DNA of 64,000 nucleotides from Squalus acanthias (Eukaryota), in assembly GCA_030390025.1 (NCBI GenBank), contig CM059438.1, positions 57,848,001 to 57,912,000 of the forward strand. Direction: 5' to 3'. The notes below the pieces were generated by a model that was not told the origin of the DNA, did no database searches, and was given only the letters and a program-made list of their open reading frames with translations. Position numbers and translations under genes: made by a program. Numbering within the stretch: the first letter of the stretch is position 1; each line of letters begins with the position of its first letter. This document shows positions 13,391 through 24,662 of this stretch, piece after piece.

Positions 13391-14298
13391 AACCTTCGTG
13401 GCTGCATGGGACAGGCTTTGGGGAAAAACAGCTGTGATGGGAGGAGGGGCAGTTTTATCCTTACCAGCTGTAACATTAGTAATGGCTCTTGGGGGAGGAG
13501 CAGTTTTATAGGGAGCAGCTGTAACCCTAGAAGAGGCTCTTGACTGACATACTTTCGAGAAGTGACCTTTCTTACTGCAATGATTGCAGATTGCATTACG
13601 AGCAGGAAAACATTTCCTATAATGAAATGCACCTCCACAGAAGAAACACTTCCTTTTAGATTGCCAGGGTCGTCATCAGCTAGGATAGAGTCGTCATCAG
13701 TGAGGGCTTCCGCCTGAGGCTTATCGGAGGAGTCACTAAAAGTGATAGCAGCAGTCCGTGCACGTGGTAAAAGATAGGCATCTGCATTTTTTTTTGCCAA
13801 GTCCAGAGAATATGCCTGGTCATAGGCAGCTTGTAACTCATGGGTTTTATTCTCCAGCAGACGCTGGCGTATGAAGGGAGATGCAATTCTATTAATAAAA
13901 GAATCACGAATTAACTCCTCCTGGTACTGCTCAGCTGAGACAGCCTTGAGATTACAATCTTTGCTGAGCCTGTGAAGCTTTTGAAGGAATTCGTCAAGTG
14001 ATACCCCGGGTTGTTGTCGAGTTGCGGCCAGTAGATGCCGAGCAAAAATTTCGTTTGGGGCCTTAACATATAGTTGCTGTAGTATTCGGATAGCGGAGTC
14101 ATAGTCTACACAGTCTTCGATATAGTCAAACACATAAGGGGATACATAATTGGCAAGTATCTCCAACTTATCAGGAACATTCTCAGCACACACCCTGAGG
14201 AAGTTGCTGAAGGTACGATACCAGTGTTTCCATACCTTAGCAGTTGTAGGTGAATTTGGGTCCAAGTCGAGATGGGCGGGTTGGAGTAGTTTCTCCAT
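13384..14298 (-). pseudogene. Gypsy gag, frameshifted before the zinc knuckles
   Basis: ORF starts MEKLLQPAHLDLDPNSPTTAKVWKHW. An alternate frame near 13545-13660 gives CFFCGGAFH..C and CNHCSKKGHFSKVC. Confidence 0.85.
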
Positions 14299-14966
14299 GA
14301 TGGATTGATTACTACGTCTGGTTCCCTTCTACCATTTGAGTCGTAGCCGTCTGTTCCCAAAACCACTCAGAGCGTGGAGCAGGTCCAGTTGATTAAATTG
14401 ACGTAAGAAAACTACTAGGCACTTGGTCTAAGCGTTAAACAAAGCTTTAATCAACTGTTTTCCAACATGGAGATCTAGTTGTCCTTAACTAGTTCCTGTT
14501 GAGGAATGTCCTAAGCAAGCTGGGCCCATGCCCGAGTATTTATACTCTCCCTGGACAGCGCCACCAGCATTCCGCCCAGTATTACTTCATACAAGATTCA
14601 TGTCATGATGATCATAGAGATTCACTTTGTATCATCTGCACAAAAGGATGTGTCTGCTACCTCAAAATCAGATGTCTAACTCATGCCTTTACTCTCCCAC
14701 AGGACCATTGAGTGCCCCCCTCCCCACTGTCCAGGAGGAAGAGCCAGACAACTCCTCAGAGGAACCTGCAGCCTCTGAGGGAGCAGCGTCACCAGGACCC
14801 AGCACCAGCGCAGAGACGCACACCTTGGTGGGGCCTTAGCAACATAGAGTAGTGTTGTCACCTGGTATATCATAGCTCACAAGTGAGCATCAGCAGATGG
14901 TGGAGACAGCGACTGCAGTGGAGAGTCCTCGTCGGAGGACTCTCCTAGCTCTGCTCAGCTGCATGC

Positions 14967-16256
14967 CAAAGTCAACATGGATTTATGAAAGGGAAATCGT
15001 GTTTGACAAACCTACTGGAGTTTTTTGAGGATGTAACTGGTAGAATAGATAAGGGAGAACCAGTGGATGTGGTGTATTTGGATTTTCAGAAGGCCTTTGA
15101 TAAAGTCCCACATAAGAGGTTAGTGTGCAAAATTAAAGTACATGGGATTGGGGGTAATATACTGGCATGGATTGAAAATTGGTTAACAGACAGGAAACAG
15201 AGACTAGGAATAAATGGGTCTTTTTCAGGGTGGCAGGCGGTAACTAGTGGGGTACCGCAGGGATCAGTGCTTGGGCCCCAGCTATTCACAATATATATCA
15301 ATGATTTGGATGAGGGAACCAAATGTAATATTTCCAAGTTTGCTGACGACACGAAACTAGGTGGGATTGTGAGTTGTGAGGAGGATGCAAAGAGGCTTCA
15401 AGGCGATTTAGACAAGTTGAGTGAGTGGGCAATACATGGCAGATGCAAAATAACGTGGATAAATGTGAAGTTATCCACTTCGGTAGGAAAAACAGAAAGG
15501 CAAAGTATTATTTAAATGGTGATAGATTGGGAAATGCTGATGTACAAAGAGACCTGGGTGTCCTTGTACACCAGTCACTGAAAGCAAAGATGCAGGTGCA
15601 GTAAACAGTTAGGAAGGCAAATGGTATGTTGGCCTTCATTGCAAGAGGATTTGAGTACAGGAGCAAGGATGTGTTACTACAGTTATACAGGGCCATGGTG
15701 AGACCACACCTGGAGTACTGTGTGCAGTTTTGGTCTCCTTACCTAAGAAAGGATATAATTGCCATGGAGGGACTGCAGTGAAGGTTCACCAGACTGATTC
15801 CTGGGATGGCAGGACTGTTTTATGAGGAGCGATTGGGTCGACTAGGCCTGTATTCACTGGAGTTTATAAGAATGAGAGGGGATCTCATTGAAACATATAA
15901 AATTCTGACAGGGCTAGACAAACTGGATGCAGGGAGGATGTTTCCCCTGGCTGGGGAGTCTAGAACGAGGGGTCACAGTGTCAGGATACGGGGTAGGACA
16001 TTTAGGACGGAGATGAGGATAAATGTCTTCACTCAGAGGTGGTGAACCTGTGGAATTCTCTACCACAGAAGGCTGTGGAGGCCAAGTCACTGAATATATT
16101 TAAGAAGGAGATAGATTGATTTCTAGACACAAAAGGTGTCAAGGGGTATGGGGAGAGCGGGAATATGGTATTGAGATGGAGGATCAGCCATGATCATATT
16201 GAAAGGTGGAGCAGGCTCGAAGGGCCAAATGGCCTACTCCTGCTCCTATGTTTCTT
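14967..16256 (+). mobile_element. 5'-truncated CR1 inserted in Harbinger Myb exon 3
   Basis: RT runs from [15 protein letters not shown] through FADD to a CR1 3' UTR ending CCTATGTTTC. Flanks rejoin as CAGCTGCATGCAGATGCTG. Confidence 0.92.
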
Positions 16257-18472
16257 TGCAGATGCTGTGCCTCTGAGGCCATCCAGAAAGAGAGCGGTGC
16301 TGGAACTCCAGGAACAAGTGCAGGAGTCTCTGAGAGGGTTTGCATCCAGGGTAACTGCGAGTGTGGAGAGAATGGAGGAGTCCATCTCTAACATGACCAC
16401 TGCCTTTGTGGAGGCAATGGCGCATGAAATTTCCGCCATGGAGAGGGTGGCACCAGGTGTTGGTGCAGCAGTGCGCAGATGTCAGCGACAACGTCTCGCG
16501 GAAGTCACAGCCTCATTTGGCACTACTGCTCACTCATGTTGAGGAAGCTCACCCTCTGCCTGTAAAGCCGGTGTTGGGGGTTTCTTCTGCGTCGAGGTGT
16601 AGGCCTGCGCTGACGCCCTCTGCCCTGTGCATCATCAGGTGGCTGAGGAGAAGGTTAGTGCTCCTGTTGTTGCTGCTGCTGCTGTGCCTGGTTGCGGTGC
16701 TGCCGCGGCTGCTGTTCCTCCAAATCTGACCACCAGGATGAGAAGATATAAGTTGTGGCATGTGGAAGAATGAGAAATTGCAGGCCCGCTTTTAAGCTGC
16801 TCGAGCAGCTGGCAACAATTCAGGTCCTAGGTCAACCCGGCTCGATTCACCAGACGTGTTTTAATGAAGGCGGGCAGCATGTTGAAAAACCATGAAAATC
16901 TGATCAGCCCTTTAAAATAGGATTATCCAGGCAGTTAACGACCTGTTTACTGCCTTAACAACATGTCCTGCCGTTTGGTGTCGGGTCAGTTCAGGAGCGG
17001 CTGACCTGACACTTCCCAAATTTGCGTGGAGGTGGATTCGTAGCCCGCCCCCAATTTCTCCGATTTTTGCTGCAGACCCGCCTCCAAACCCGCCCCCTCA
17101 GTGCAATTAAATTCGTGGCCTTAGATTTTGGAATCAAAAGCACAATTTCTAAATTTGCGGACGACACCAAATTGGGGGGCATAGTCAATGCTGAGGAGGA
17201 CTGCAACAAATTACAGGAGGACATTAATAAACTTGTAGAATGGGCATATAATTGGCAAATGAAGTTCAACACAGATAAATGTGAGGTATTACATTTTGGT
17301 AAGAAGAATAGGGAGGTCACTTATTACTTGGAGGGTGCGAGTCTGGATGGGGTAGAGGAGCAAAGGGATCTCGGAGTACAAATACACAAATCACTAAAAG
17401 TTGCGACACGGGTTAGCAAGGCCATAAAAAAAGCCAACCAAGCACTAGGGTTTATTTTTAGAGGGATAGAATTGAAAAGTAGATTATGCTAAACCTGTAT
17501 CGAACCTTGGTTAGACCACACTTAGAGTACTGCGTACAGTTCTGGTCGCCATATTATAAAAAGGGTATGGCGGCACTGGAGAGGGTGCAGAGAAGATTTA
17601 CAAGGATGATACCAGAAATGCGAGGGTATACATATCAGGAAAGGATGAATAGGCTGCGTTTCTTTTCTGTTGAAAAAAGAAGGCTGAGGGGTGACCTAAT
17701 AGAGGTCTTTAAAATTATGAAAGGTTTTGATAGAGTGGCTACAGAGAGAATGTTTCCACTTGTGGGGAAGAACATAACTAGAGACCATCAATATAAGATA
17801 GTCAGCAAGAAATCCAATAGGGAATTCAGAAGAAACTTCTTTACCCAAAGAGTGGTGAGAATGGGGAACTCACTACCACAGGGAGTGGTTGAAGCGAATA
17901 GTATAGATGCATTTAAGGGGAGGCTAGACAAGCATATGAGGGAGAAGGGAATAGAGGGTTATGCTGATAGAGTTAGATGAGGAAAGACGGGAGGAGGCTC
18001 GAGTGGAGCATAAACGCCGGCATGGACTGGTTATGCCGAATGGCCTGTTTCTGTGCCTTATATCCTATGTAATCCTGTGTAAGCTTCTCAGTAGTCCTTC
18101 TCTCATCAGTTCTTAACTTGCCTTTTTGCTAATATGTGCCCTTGTTCTATAGTCATGGCTTAACTTGAAGTAGTGCGACCGATTAACCTTCTCTATTCTA
18201 CTTTGTATCCTATACCTTTATAAGTTCACCTTTCATTTACCTCCTTTCAAGGCTGAAGAGTATGAGATTTTCTAATCTTTCCTAAGAATTCAGATGTCTG
18301 ACAAAAGAGATCAGCCTTGTGACTGCTCTCTACATCACTTCCAGATCTTGGATGTTTCCCTTGCCCTTCAGTTAAAATCTCCCCCATTGACTTTAATCTA
18401 TTTAATACACTGGTTGTCTAATGCTTTTAGCATGTCAGCTATAGAAGGAGTCTAATCATAAAATAACCGTAC

Positions 18473-18499
18473 CAATTTAATGATCTCAGACATTGATAC
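18473..18499 (-). CDS. Weak candidate 27-nt exon (YQCLRSLN, phase 2-2)
   Basis: ACTTTACAG acceptor and TG|GTACGG donor, in unique sequence and frame-compatible. The donor is only moderate. Confidence 0.25.
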
Positions 18500-18624
18500 C
18501 TGTAAAGTTATAACCAGCGAGCCAGTTAACACTGAATTACCATGACATAATTGAACTACCTTTGTAACGTCCGTTATTCATTCTGTTAGTTAACCCTTTC
18601 TACTAAATAATATGCAGACTTAAT

Positions 18625-18783
18625 GGGGGTAAGTTTCAACTTCGGCTGGAGCAAGAAACTAGTTGTATCAGATTGGCCAACTGTTACAGACCCGCCCAAA
18701 GTCCCCTTCTATTGTCTTGTATAATGGGCGGCCAATCTGATACCACCAGTTTCCTGCCTCCGCCGAAGTTAAAAGCTGTCCCC
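18625..18783. mobile_element. Small palindromic Harbinger-type MITE
   Basis: GGGGGTAAGTTTCAACTTCGGC ... GCCGAAGTTAAAAGCTGTCCCC with TSD AAT. Confidence 0.7.
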
Positions 18784-19476
18784 AATGTCTAAATGTAAAT
18801 GCTGCTGAATATGATTCTGAAGTTCATAAAGAAATGTTAGTTCATAACTTGATAGTCTGGCTTCGTCTTTGATGATATGGCAACAAAGAGTTCACTTAGT
18901 AGCTTGTGCATATCCTAATGGGAGGTTGGTAGTGTAAGTGTTAAATTAATCTGAACTTGTTGATTGAAGACAATTTTAAAACCAAATTTAGGCATAATTT
19001 ACTTCTAGGAATACACTGGGCAGTAAAATCCAGACTGTTTCTTGATGAGGAGTTAAGGTAAGGGTGCTAAGGATTTGTCTAGTGCCCTTGATAAATATTC
19101 TTGTCAGGGTATCGATCCCACTGTTCTTACATGGGTCATTCCAGGTTACCATCGAGAATATCAGAAAGATTCACCCATCAGCACTGACGTAAACAGCAAA
19201 TTACAGATAGATTGTTTGCTCACCATCCAATTCATCAGATTCCACACAGACAACCCACAATAGCCTGACTACTCAATACAGAGTAGCATGATTCCCCAAT
19301 GCCCAAGGAGCCATATAGACTGTGCCCATGTTATCCTCCATTCATCAATCCCATGATTTACGCCAACTGGAAAAGATTTAACATTCTCAACTTTTAGCTT
19401 ACCTGTGACCAGCAAACCTGCATCATGCAAGTAAATGCTCACTTTCCTGGGAGTTGCCACAATGCATTGACTTTAA

Positions 19477-20320
19477 TGACTGGATTTTGTCAGCCCCGAG
19501 GAGGTGGGTATGGAGGTGGGACTGCCGGTTACGTTGCAGAATTTGGGGGCGGGTGGCAAGCCAGCCCCCATCCCGCCTCCGTGCCCTCTTGCCAGGAGGC
19601 GGGAAGCCGTCCTGCCCCAGGTCCCATCTCCTCGAGGCGGAAAGGGATTAAAGCCTATTAACTGCCTGTTAACAGGTAGTTAACAGGCAGAAAATAGGAT
19701 TATCCCCATTTTTTGTTTCGATGTGCAGGCTTCCCGAACTCGGGGAACCCCGCCAGGGTGTAGGAGACGAGTAGGAGGTCTGCGGGGGTCGGAGAGGTCT
19801 GAAAGTGCAATGTAGTGGTGAGTGGTGGGTGCAAGTGTGGAGTGGTAAGTATGTAAGGTGAGTGTAAAGTGTTAGAAAATTTTCACTTACCTTTGTTTCT
19901 GCCTACAGCCTTCAGCCGCTGTGGAGCCGGAGTCCTGACATCTCCATTGTAGATATCACAGACTGGCTGTTGGATCCTCCCATCCAACAGCCAGGTGATT
20001 TCTGCAAAGTTGAAAGGTTTGATGAGTCCTGAACACAAGGACTCATCAAACTACACAGAATGTTAGTGTTTGACAGCTTCACAGAGCTGTCAAACGCTGA
20101 CATTTCTTCTTTCAAAAAATCTTGATAGATGGCACGTCATACGTTGACGTGCTCTGTCACTGACTTCCCCCTAATTGGCCTGCTGAGCCTGCTGGGCGGG
20201 CTTAACAAGGTCAATCAGGGGAAAATCCCACTGGTTGGCCAGAAGCTGATGGAGGCGTGATTGAAAGCCGGAAAGCAGCAGTCCCGCCTCCAAAAGCTTC
20301 CCATTGATAAAATCCAGCCC
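19477..20320. mobile_element. Harbinger-type MITE (GGGCTGGATTTT TIR family)
   Basis: TGACTGGATTTTGTCA ... TGATAAAATCCAGCCC; GC-rich subterminal regions. Confidence 0.7.
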
Positions 20321-20323
20321 CAA

Positions 20324-20778
20324 GTGTCAGCTGTGGCTCAGTTGGTATCACCCTCACCTCTGAGTCAGAAGGTTGTGGGTTCATAGTCCCATTCCAGGGA
20401 CTTGCGCGCATAAATTTAGGCTGGCACTCCTGTACAGTGCTGAGGGGTTGCTGCACTGTCAGAGGTGCCGTCTTTCGGATGAGACATTAAACCGAGGCCC
20501 CGTCTGCTCTCTCAGGTAGACGTAAAAGATCCCATGGCACTATTTCGAAGAAGAGTAGGGGAGTTATCCCCGGTGTACTGACCAATATTTCTCCCGCAAC
20601 TAACATAACAAAAACAGATTATCTGGACATTTTCACATTGTGTGGGAGCTTGCTGTGCGCAAATTGGCTGCCCGTGTTTCCCACATTACAACAGTGACTC
20701 CACTTCAAATGTACTTCATTGGCTGTAAAGCGCTTTGAGACGTCCGGTGGTCATGAATAGGCGCTATATAAATGCAAA
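20324..20778 (+). mobile_element. Deu-domain tRNA-derived SINE (SacSINE1-like)
   Basis: A-box TGGCTCAGTTGG, B-box-like GGTTCATAGTCC, Deu-type core, and L2-like tail GGCGCTATATAAATGCAA. Confidence 0.8.
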
Positions 20779-20841
20779 ACTTTTTTTAGTCCAACACTCC
20801 AGGGTGTTCTGGGTGGATCCTGAGAGATCAAGGTAAGCTTA

Positions 20842-22735
20842 TGTAGCCGTCGGCGCAGACTCCATGGATTTTTTTAGATTATGAACATATACCCTTATTA
20901 AAAACTGGACAGGCTGTTTGGGGGGAAGCAGTGGAAAACCACTCACGCTGAAGATGGCTGACGTAACCAGGTTGCATTCGTATGGTAACGAACTGTCCTT
21001 GGGAACAATGGCCCGAGAAGCCCACTCCCAAGTCATGAATAACGAGCCTGGTGACTCATTGGGGGAGAAATTCAGTATCGCCCCATTTGGGGCGCAATTA
21101 TCGGCCGGGCGCAAAGATTAGCGCCTGGCGCTAATTATCGCCACCGACTGCAAACTTGACTTTTATCGCCCCTGGAGGTGATTGGAGTGCTAAATCAGGC
21201 GCTTCACACCTGTCTTAAGGCGCAAAGGCCGAGGAGCGAGACGCTACCTCAGAGCGCTGGCGAAGCTCATGTAATGTGGAACACACACACAATGGCATGG
21301 GCCAGTTCTTAAAGGGGATGGTTGATCTTGCTTTCCATCCACATCCTGCTCATTGCAGCCTTGAATCTTGGCCTGGAGAGACCTGCACATTAAATCTGCT
21401 GGAAAGAACAATGGAGAGTACCAGGGAAAGAGCTCAGAGTGCAGCCCCCACAGTCTCTTCTAAATCGATACAAGGAATGGCAAATCCAAATGAAACTGCA
21501 AAGTGCTGCTCAGTACCCAAAACTCCTTCACACAACGTTGAATCTCTCCAGAAGTCTCTCTCTCTCTCTGTCAGAATGCGTAGTTCAAAAATGGCAAAAA
21601 CAATAAAAGGCAGGAAGCGGTCACCTTTAAATAGCGCTCCCCCTTTCCCTTCATGACTGCAGAATGCTCCCCTCAACCTGTCGTTGCTAGCGTCAGGCGG
21701 TAAGGCAGGGGGCGCCACTCAATATCCGCTCCGGGGCGATACCGGGGCGTTGCGCACTCGACTGACGTCATGATCTGCCGGCGCAGGAGATCGTGGCGGT
21801 AGTGTTTAGCGCCGCCGCAAAATGTCTAGTTAATTTCGCGAGCGGCGCAAACTTCGCCGCGCCTGGGCGCTGGATGCTTTGCGCCCCATTAGTGCCCTCT
21901 TAAGGCACTAACGGAAGGCGCAACCAACTGAATTTTTCCCCCATTGTTTCTGGAGAAGATGAGCTCGTTAAGTTAATCGGCTGGGAGATCGAAACAAGAT
22001 CTAAATCATCCAAACCTGGGAGGAAGCCTGGAAACCATTTCCCTGAGGCCATGTGTCCATTAAAACCACAGACAGCGGTCTGTGTATTGGAGGGGTATAT
22101 CAGAGAGCAGTTTCGATAGCTCTCTCTCTCTCTCCTGCCCTCCACACAACAGAACGTCAAGAGGAGCTGAGCCTTGCTCTTTCAACCGAGACGGACTTCG
22201 ACTCCGACTGGGATTCGCATGCCGCAAGGCCGGTACGGAACCAGGTAGCCGAGACGGACGGGAGGAAGCTACAAGCAAGATCAAGGGCAATCTAGGTGAG
22301 CATTGCCAAGCCTACACACCCACAAGATCACTTAGCTGTGTGAGGGGGTGCCTGTATGTTCCTACCAAACCAGAGGGGGTTTAGAGTTGGAAGGGTCCTG
22401 TGATAGTTTAGTTCACGGGAGGGTGTTTTTAGGCCGTGGTAAGTCAGCCCGGCAGTGGTTGGACAAGTCAGGGTTGTACTGTCTTAAACTGTACTGTTGT
22501 GTTCACGCCGCTCGTACTGTATGCGAGTGGAGTGGTTTTGTCAGCCTTAATAAACACTGTACAAGTGAGCCCGAAAAAGCTATCCGTGTTCAAATCTGTC
22601 CTCAGTAATCCCTATCGTCCAGAACTTGTAGTAAGGGAGTTTGCGTGCTCGCTACGGGCGGGACGAAACCATTTACAATAATTGGCGGTTGCGGCAGGGG
22701 CCATAGGAAATTGGCCACTGCAAAAACCGGTTACA
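20842..22735 (+). mobile_element. Solo LTR (~1.0 kb once the nested MITE is removed)
   Basis: TGTAGCC ... GGTTACA termini with 4-bp TSD CTTA. AATAAA near 22548. Interrupts the transposase relic. Confidence 0.8.
21061..21942. mobile_element. Harbinger-derived MITE inside the solo LTR
   Basis: TIRs GGGGGAGAAATTCAGT / ACTGAATTTTTCCCCC with TSD ATT. Right half matches 44430-44910. Confidence 0.92.
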
Positions 22736-22886
22736 CTTAACACCTTAGCACCTTCCCAGGATACCTTCTGCACACTGCTATAACAAGGCACCATAGAGCA
22801 GACTATTGGGATTTTGAAAGCACACTTCAGGTGCCGAGATTGGTCTGAAAGTATTCTGCAATGTAGTCCAGCAGTAGGGCACTAAC

Positions 22887-22964
22887 CTATAGGTTTGCAG
22901 GCAGCTAATTACATTATCGTTCCCGTCAAAAATCCTTTCTTCAAAAAATCCAGGACTGAAAGAC
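22887..22964 (-). CDS. Repeat exon A1 of unknown host gene, SFSPGFFEERIFDGNDNVISCLQTY(R)
   Basis: TTTTTTTCTTTTAG acceptor and AG|GTTAGT donor; 78 nt; only the phase-2 frame is open. Paralogous to 34548-34625. Confidence 0.65.
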
Positions 22965-23010
22965 CTAAAAGAAAAAAACAATATAGAACAAAACAGGGCA
23001 GGAAAACAAT

Positions 23011-23717
23011 GGTCCAAAATTTGTGATCGGAGGCTTCCCCCGGGCGGATGCCTCCGACCTGTAAAAAATCCATGAATTTACCTGGTGGTCCGGGAGGTAC
23101 GAAGACTCACGCTCCTGGGCCTCTCCGGGTACTCGCGGGCAGATGCCCACGTATCCCTGGGGTGCATATGGTTCACAAGCACCCCTGGGATACGTGGGTC
23201 GGTCCAACCAATAAAAGAAGGGAATCCCCATTCATACTTATGGGAGTTCCATACGTACGGAACTCCCATAAGTATGAATGGGGATCACTTAAAAAATACA
23301 CGAACACATGAAATAAAAAAAATTACATATTAAAATGAATTAAAATGCCATTGAATTAAATATTTTAAACAAAAATTGTATGTTTTAACGGAGCTAAAAT
23401 AAGCTTACCTTATTGGACAGGGTTTTTAATGTCTAAAGGAGTGAGAACATTTTATTTTTTCTATTTTTTTAAAACTCTGATGCTGGTAAAAGCAGGCCTT
23501 ACGCCTGCTTTTACCAGGCTAAAGAATTTCGAGGGCAAATAGCGCAAATCTCCACCCGTGGAGGCCCTTTTCCCAGGGATGCGGATCATCTGTCAAGAGA
23601 ATTCTTGACAGATCGCAAGTTCCGGGTTTTCGTGCATGCACTTCGCATGCCTAAACCCGGAATTGTGCAGCCCCTACGGACGCGTACGCACCCGTCGGGG
23701 GTCACAAAATACGGCCC
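23011..23717. mobile_element. Harbinger-type MITE
   Basis: Imperfect TIRs GGTCCAAAATTTGTGA / TCACAAAATACGGCCC. Absent from the paralogous introns at 34660-34690 and 53300-53320. Confidence 0.75.
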
Positions 23718-23830
23718 CATTATTTTGCGTTTTGTCTATTACAAGCATATAGCCTGTGTAATTGATTCTATAATGAGCATTATGCAAAATTACCTGGCAC
23801 CCTATATCTGATTAATGTATGGTTCATATT

Positions 23831-24662
23831 AGAATCATAGAATGGTTACAGCACAGAAGGAGGCCATTGGGCCGATCGAGACAATGCCGGCTCTCTGCAA
23901 GAGCATTTCAGCCGGTCACATTCTCTGCCCTTTCCCTGTAGCCCTGCAATTTTTTTCCTTCAGGTACTTATCCAATTCCCTTTTGAAAGCCACGATTGAA
24001 TCTGCCTCCACCACCGTTTCAGGCAGTGCATTCCAGATCCTAACCACTCGCTGCGTAAAAAAGTTTTTCCTCATGTCGCCTTTCGTTCTTTTGCCAATCA
24101 CCTCAAATCTGTGTCCTCTGGTTCTCGACCCTTCCGCCAATGGGAACAGTTTCTCTCTATCTACTCTGTCTAGATCCCTCATGATTTTGAACATCTCAAT
24201 CAGATCTCCTCTCAACCTTCTCTGCTCCAAGGAGCACAACCCCAGCTTCTCTAGTCTATCCACGTAACTAAAGTCCCTCATCCCTGAAATCATTCTCGTA
24301 AATCTTTTCTGCACCCTCGCCAAGGCCTTCACATCCTTCCTAAAGTGCAGTGTGCAGAATTGGACACAATACTCCAGTTGAGGCCAAACCAGTGTTTTAT
24401 AAAGGTTCATCATAACTTCCTTGCTTTTGTACGTTGTGCCTCTAGTTATGAAGCCCGGATCCCCTTATGCTTTTTTAACTGCTTTCTCAACCTGCCCTGT
24501 CACCTTCAATGATTTGTGCACATATACCCCCGGGTCTCTCTGTTCATGCACCCCCTTTAGCATTGTACCCTTTAGTTTATATTGCCTCTCCTCATTCTTC
24601 CTACCAAATGTATCACTTCGCACTTTTCTGCATTAAATTTCATCTGCCACGTGTCTGCCCAA
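23831..24662 (-). mobile_element. CR1 3' fragment
   Basis: ORF 23916-24413 (LYKTLVWPQLEYCVQF...RGDLIEMFKI...FFTQRVV) followed by a CR1 tail. Confidence 0.9.

Larger units (their letters stand above)
10212..14605 (-). mobile_element. Gypsy/Ty3 LTR retrotransposon (Mag-like), near full length
   Basis: 207-bp LTRs at 10212-10418 and 14399-14605 (TG..CA, 9 differences counted). 5-bp TSD TGATG. Purine tract GGCAGGAAGAA precedes the 3' LTR. Domain order is gag-PR-RT-RH-IN. Confidence 0.96.
9411..16450 (+). pseudogene. Spliced Harbinger Myb/SANT-like DNA-binding protein gene, disrupted
   Basis: Exon 1 at 9411-9650 (MSASKPKAAPRFTEDSLQAL...WLRIAEEV...WIQCRKRFNDL, two stops) ends at GTGAGT. Exon 2 starts at 9997 after TTGCAG; exon 3 starts at 14703 and is split by a CR1. 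Confidence 0.85.
9172..17120. mobile_element. Internally deleted PIF/Harbinger element (Myb/SANT gene on +, transposase N-terminal relic on -)
   Basis: TIRs GGCCGCGAATTTAATT / AATTAAATTCGTGGCC (15/16) with TSD TTA. Transposase N-terminus (RLYRQRVSFLNMSEQ) lies on the minus strand at ~16450-16790. Confidence 0.93.
5440..18082 (+). mobile_element. Near full-length decayed CR1 LINE split by nested insertions
   Basis: ORF1 esterase relic (VVIGDSIIRGID, 5644-6330), APE endonuclease (6530-7280), RT pieces at 8561-9171 and 17121-17980 (FADD). The frame is restored across both insertions (DKTPG/LDGLHP; IYINDL/DFGIKSTISKFADD). Short repeat tail near 18060-18082. Confidence 0.93.
19020..22872 (+). pseudogene. 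Ancient Harbinger transposase relic, interrupted by a MITE, a SINE and a solo LTR
   Basis: Relic motifs IDCAHV, IMQVNAHFPGSCHNA, GWILRDQG and IEQTIGILKAHFRC. Paralogous relics lie at 26070-26400/32975-33150 and 50030-51600. Confidence 0.75.

Noticed and set aside
20324..20400. tRNA-like A and B boxes (also at ~37910-37986 and ~55922-55995)
   Set aside because: These are SINE heads followed by SINE bodies and tails, not tRNA genes.
22672..22700. TTTACA followed by a PBS-like TGGCGGTTGCGGCAGG, suggesting a proviral start
   Set aside because: The CTTA TSD and terminal inverted motif place the LTR end at 22735, and no internal retroelement sequence follows.
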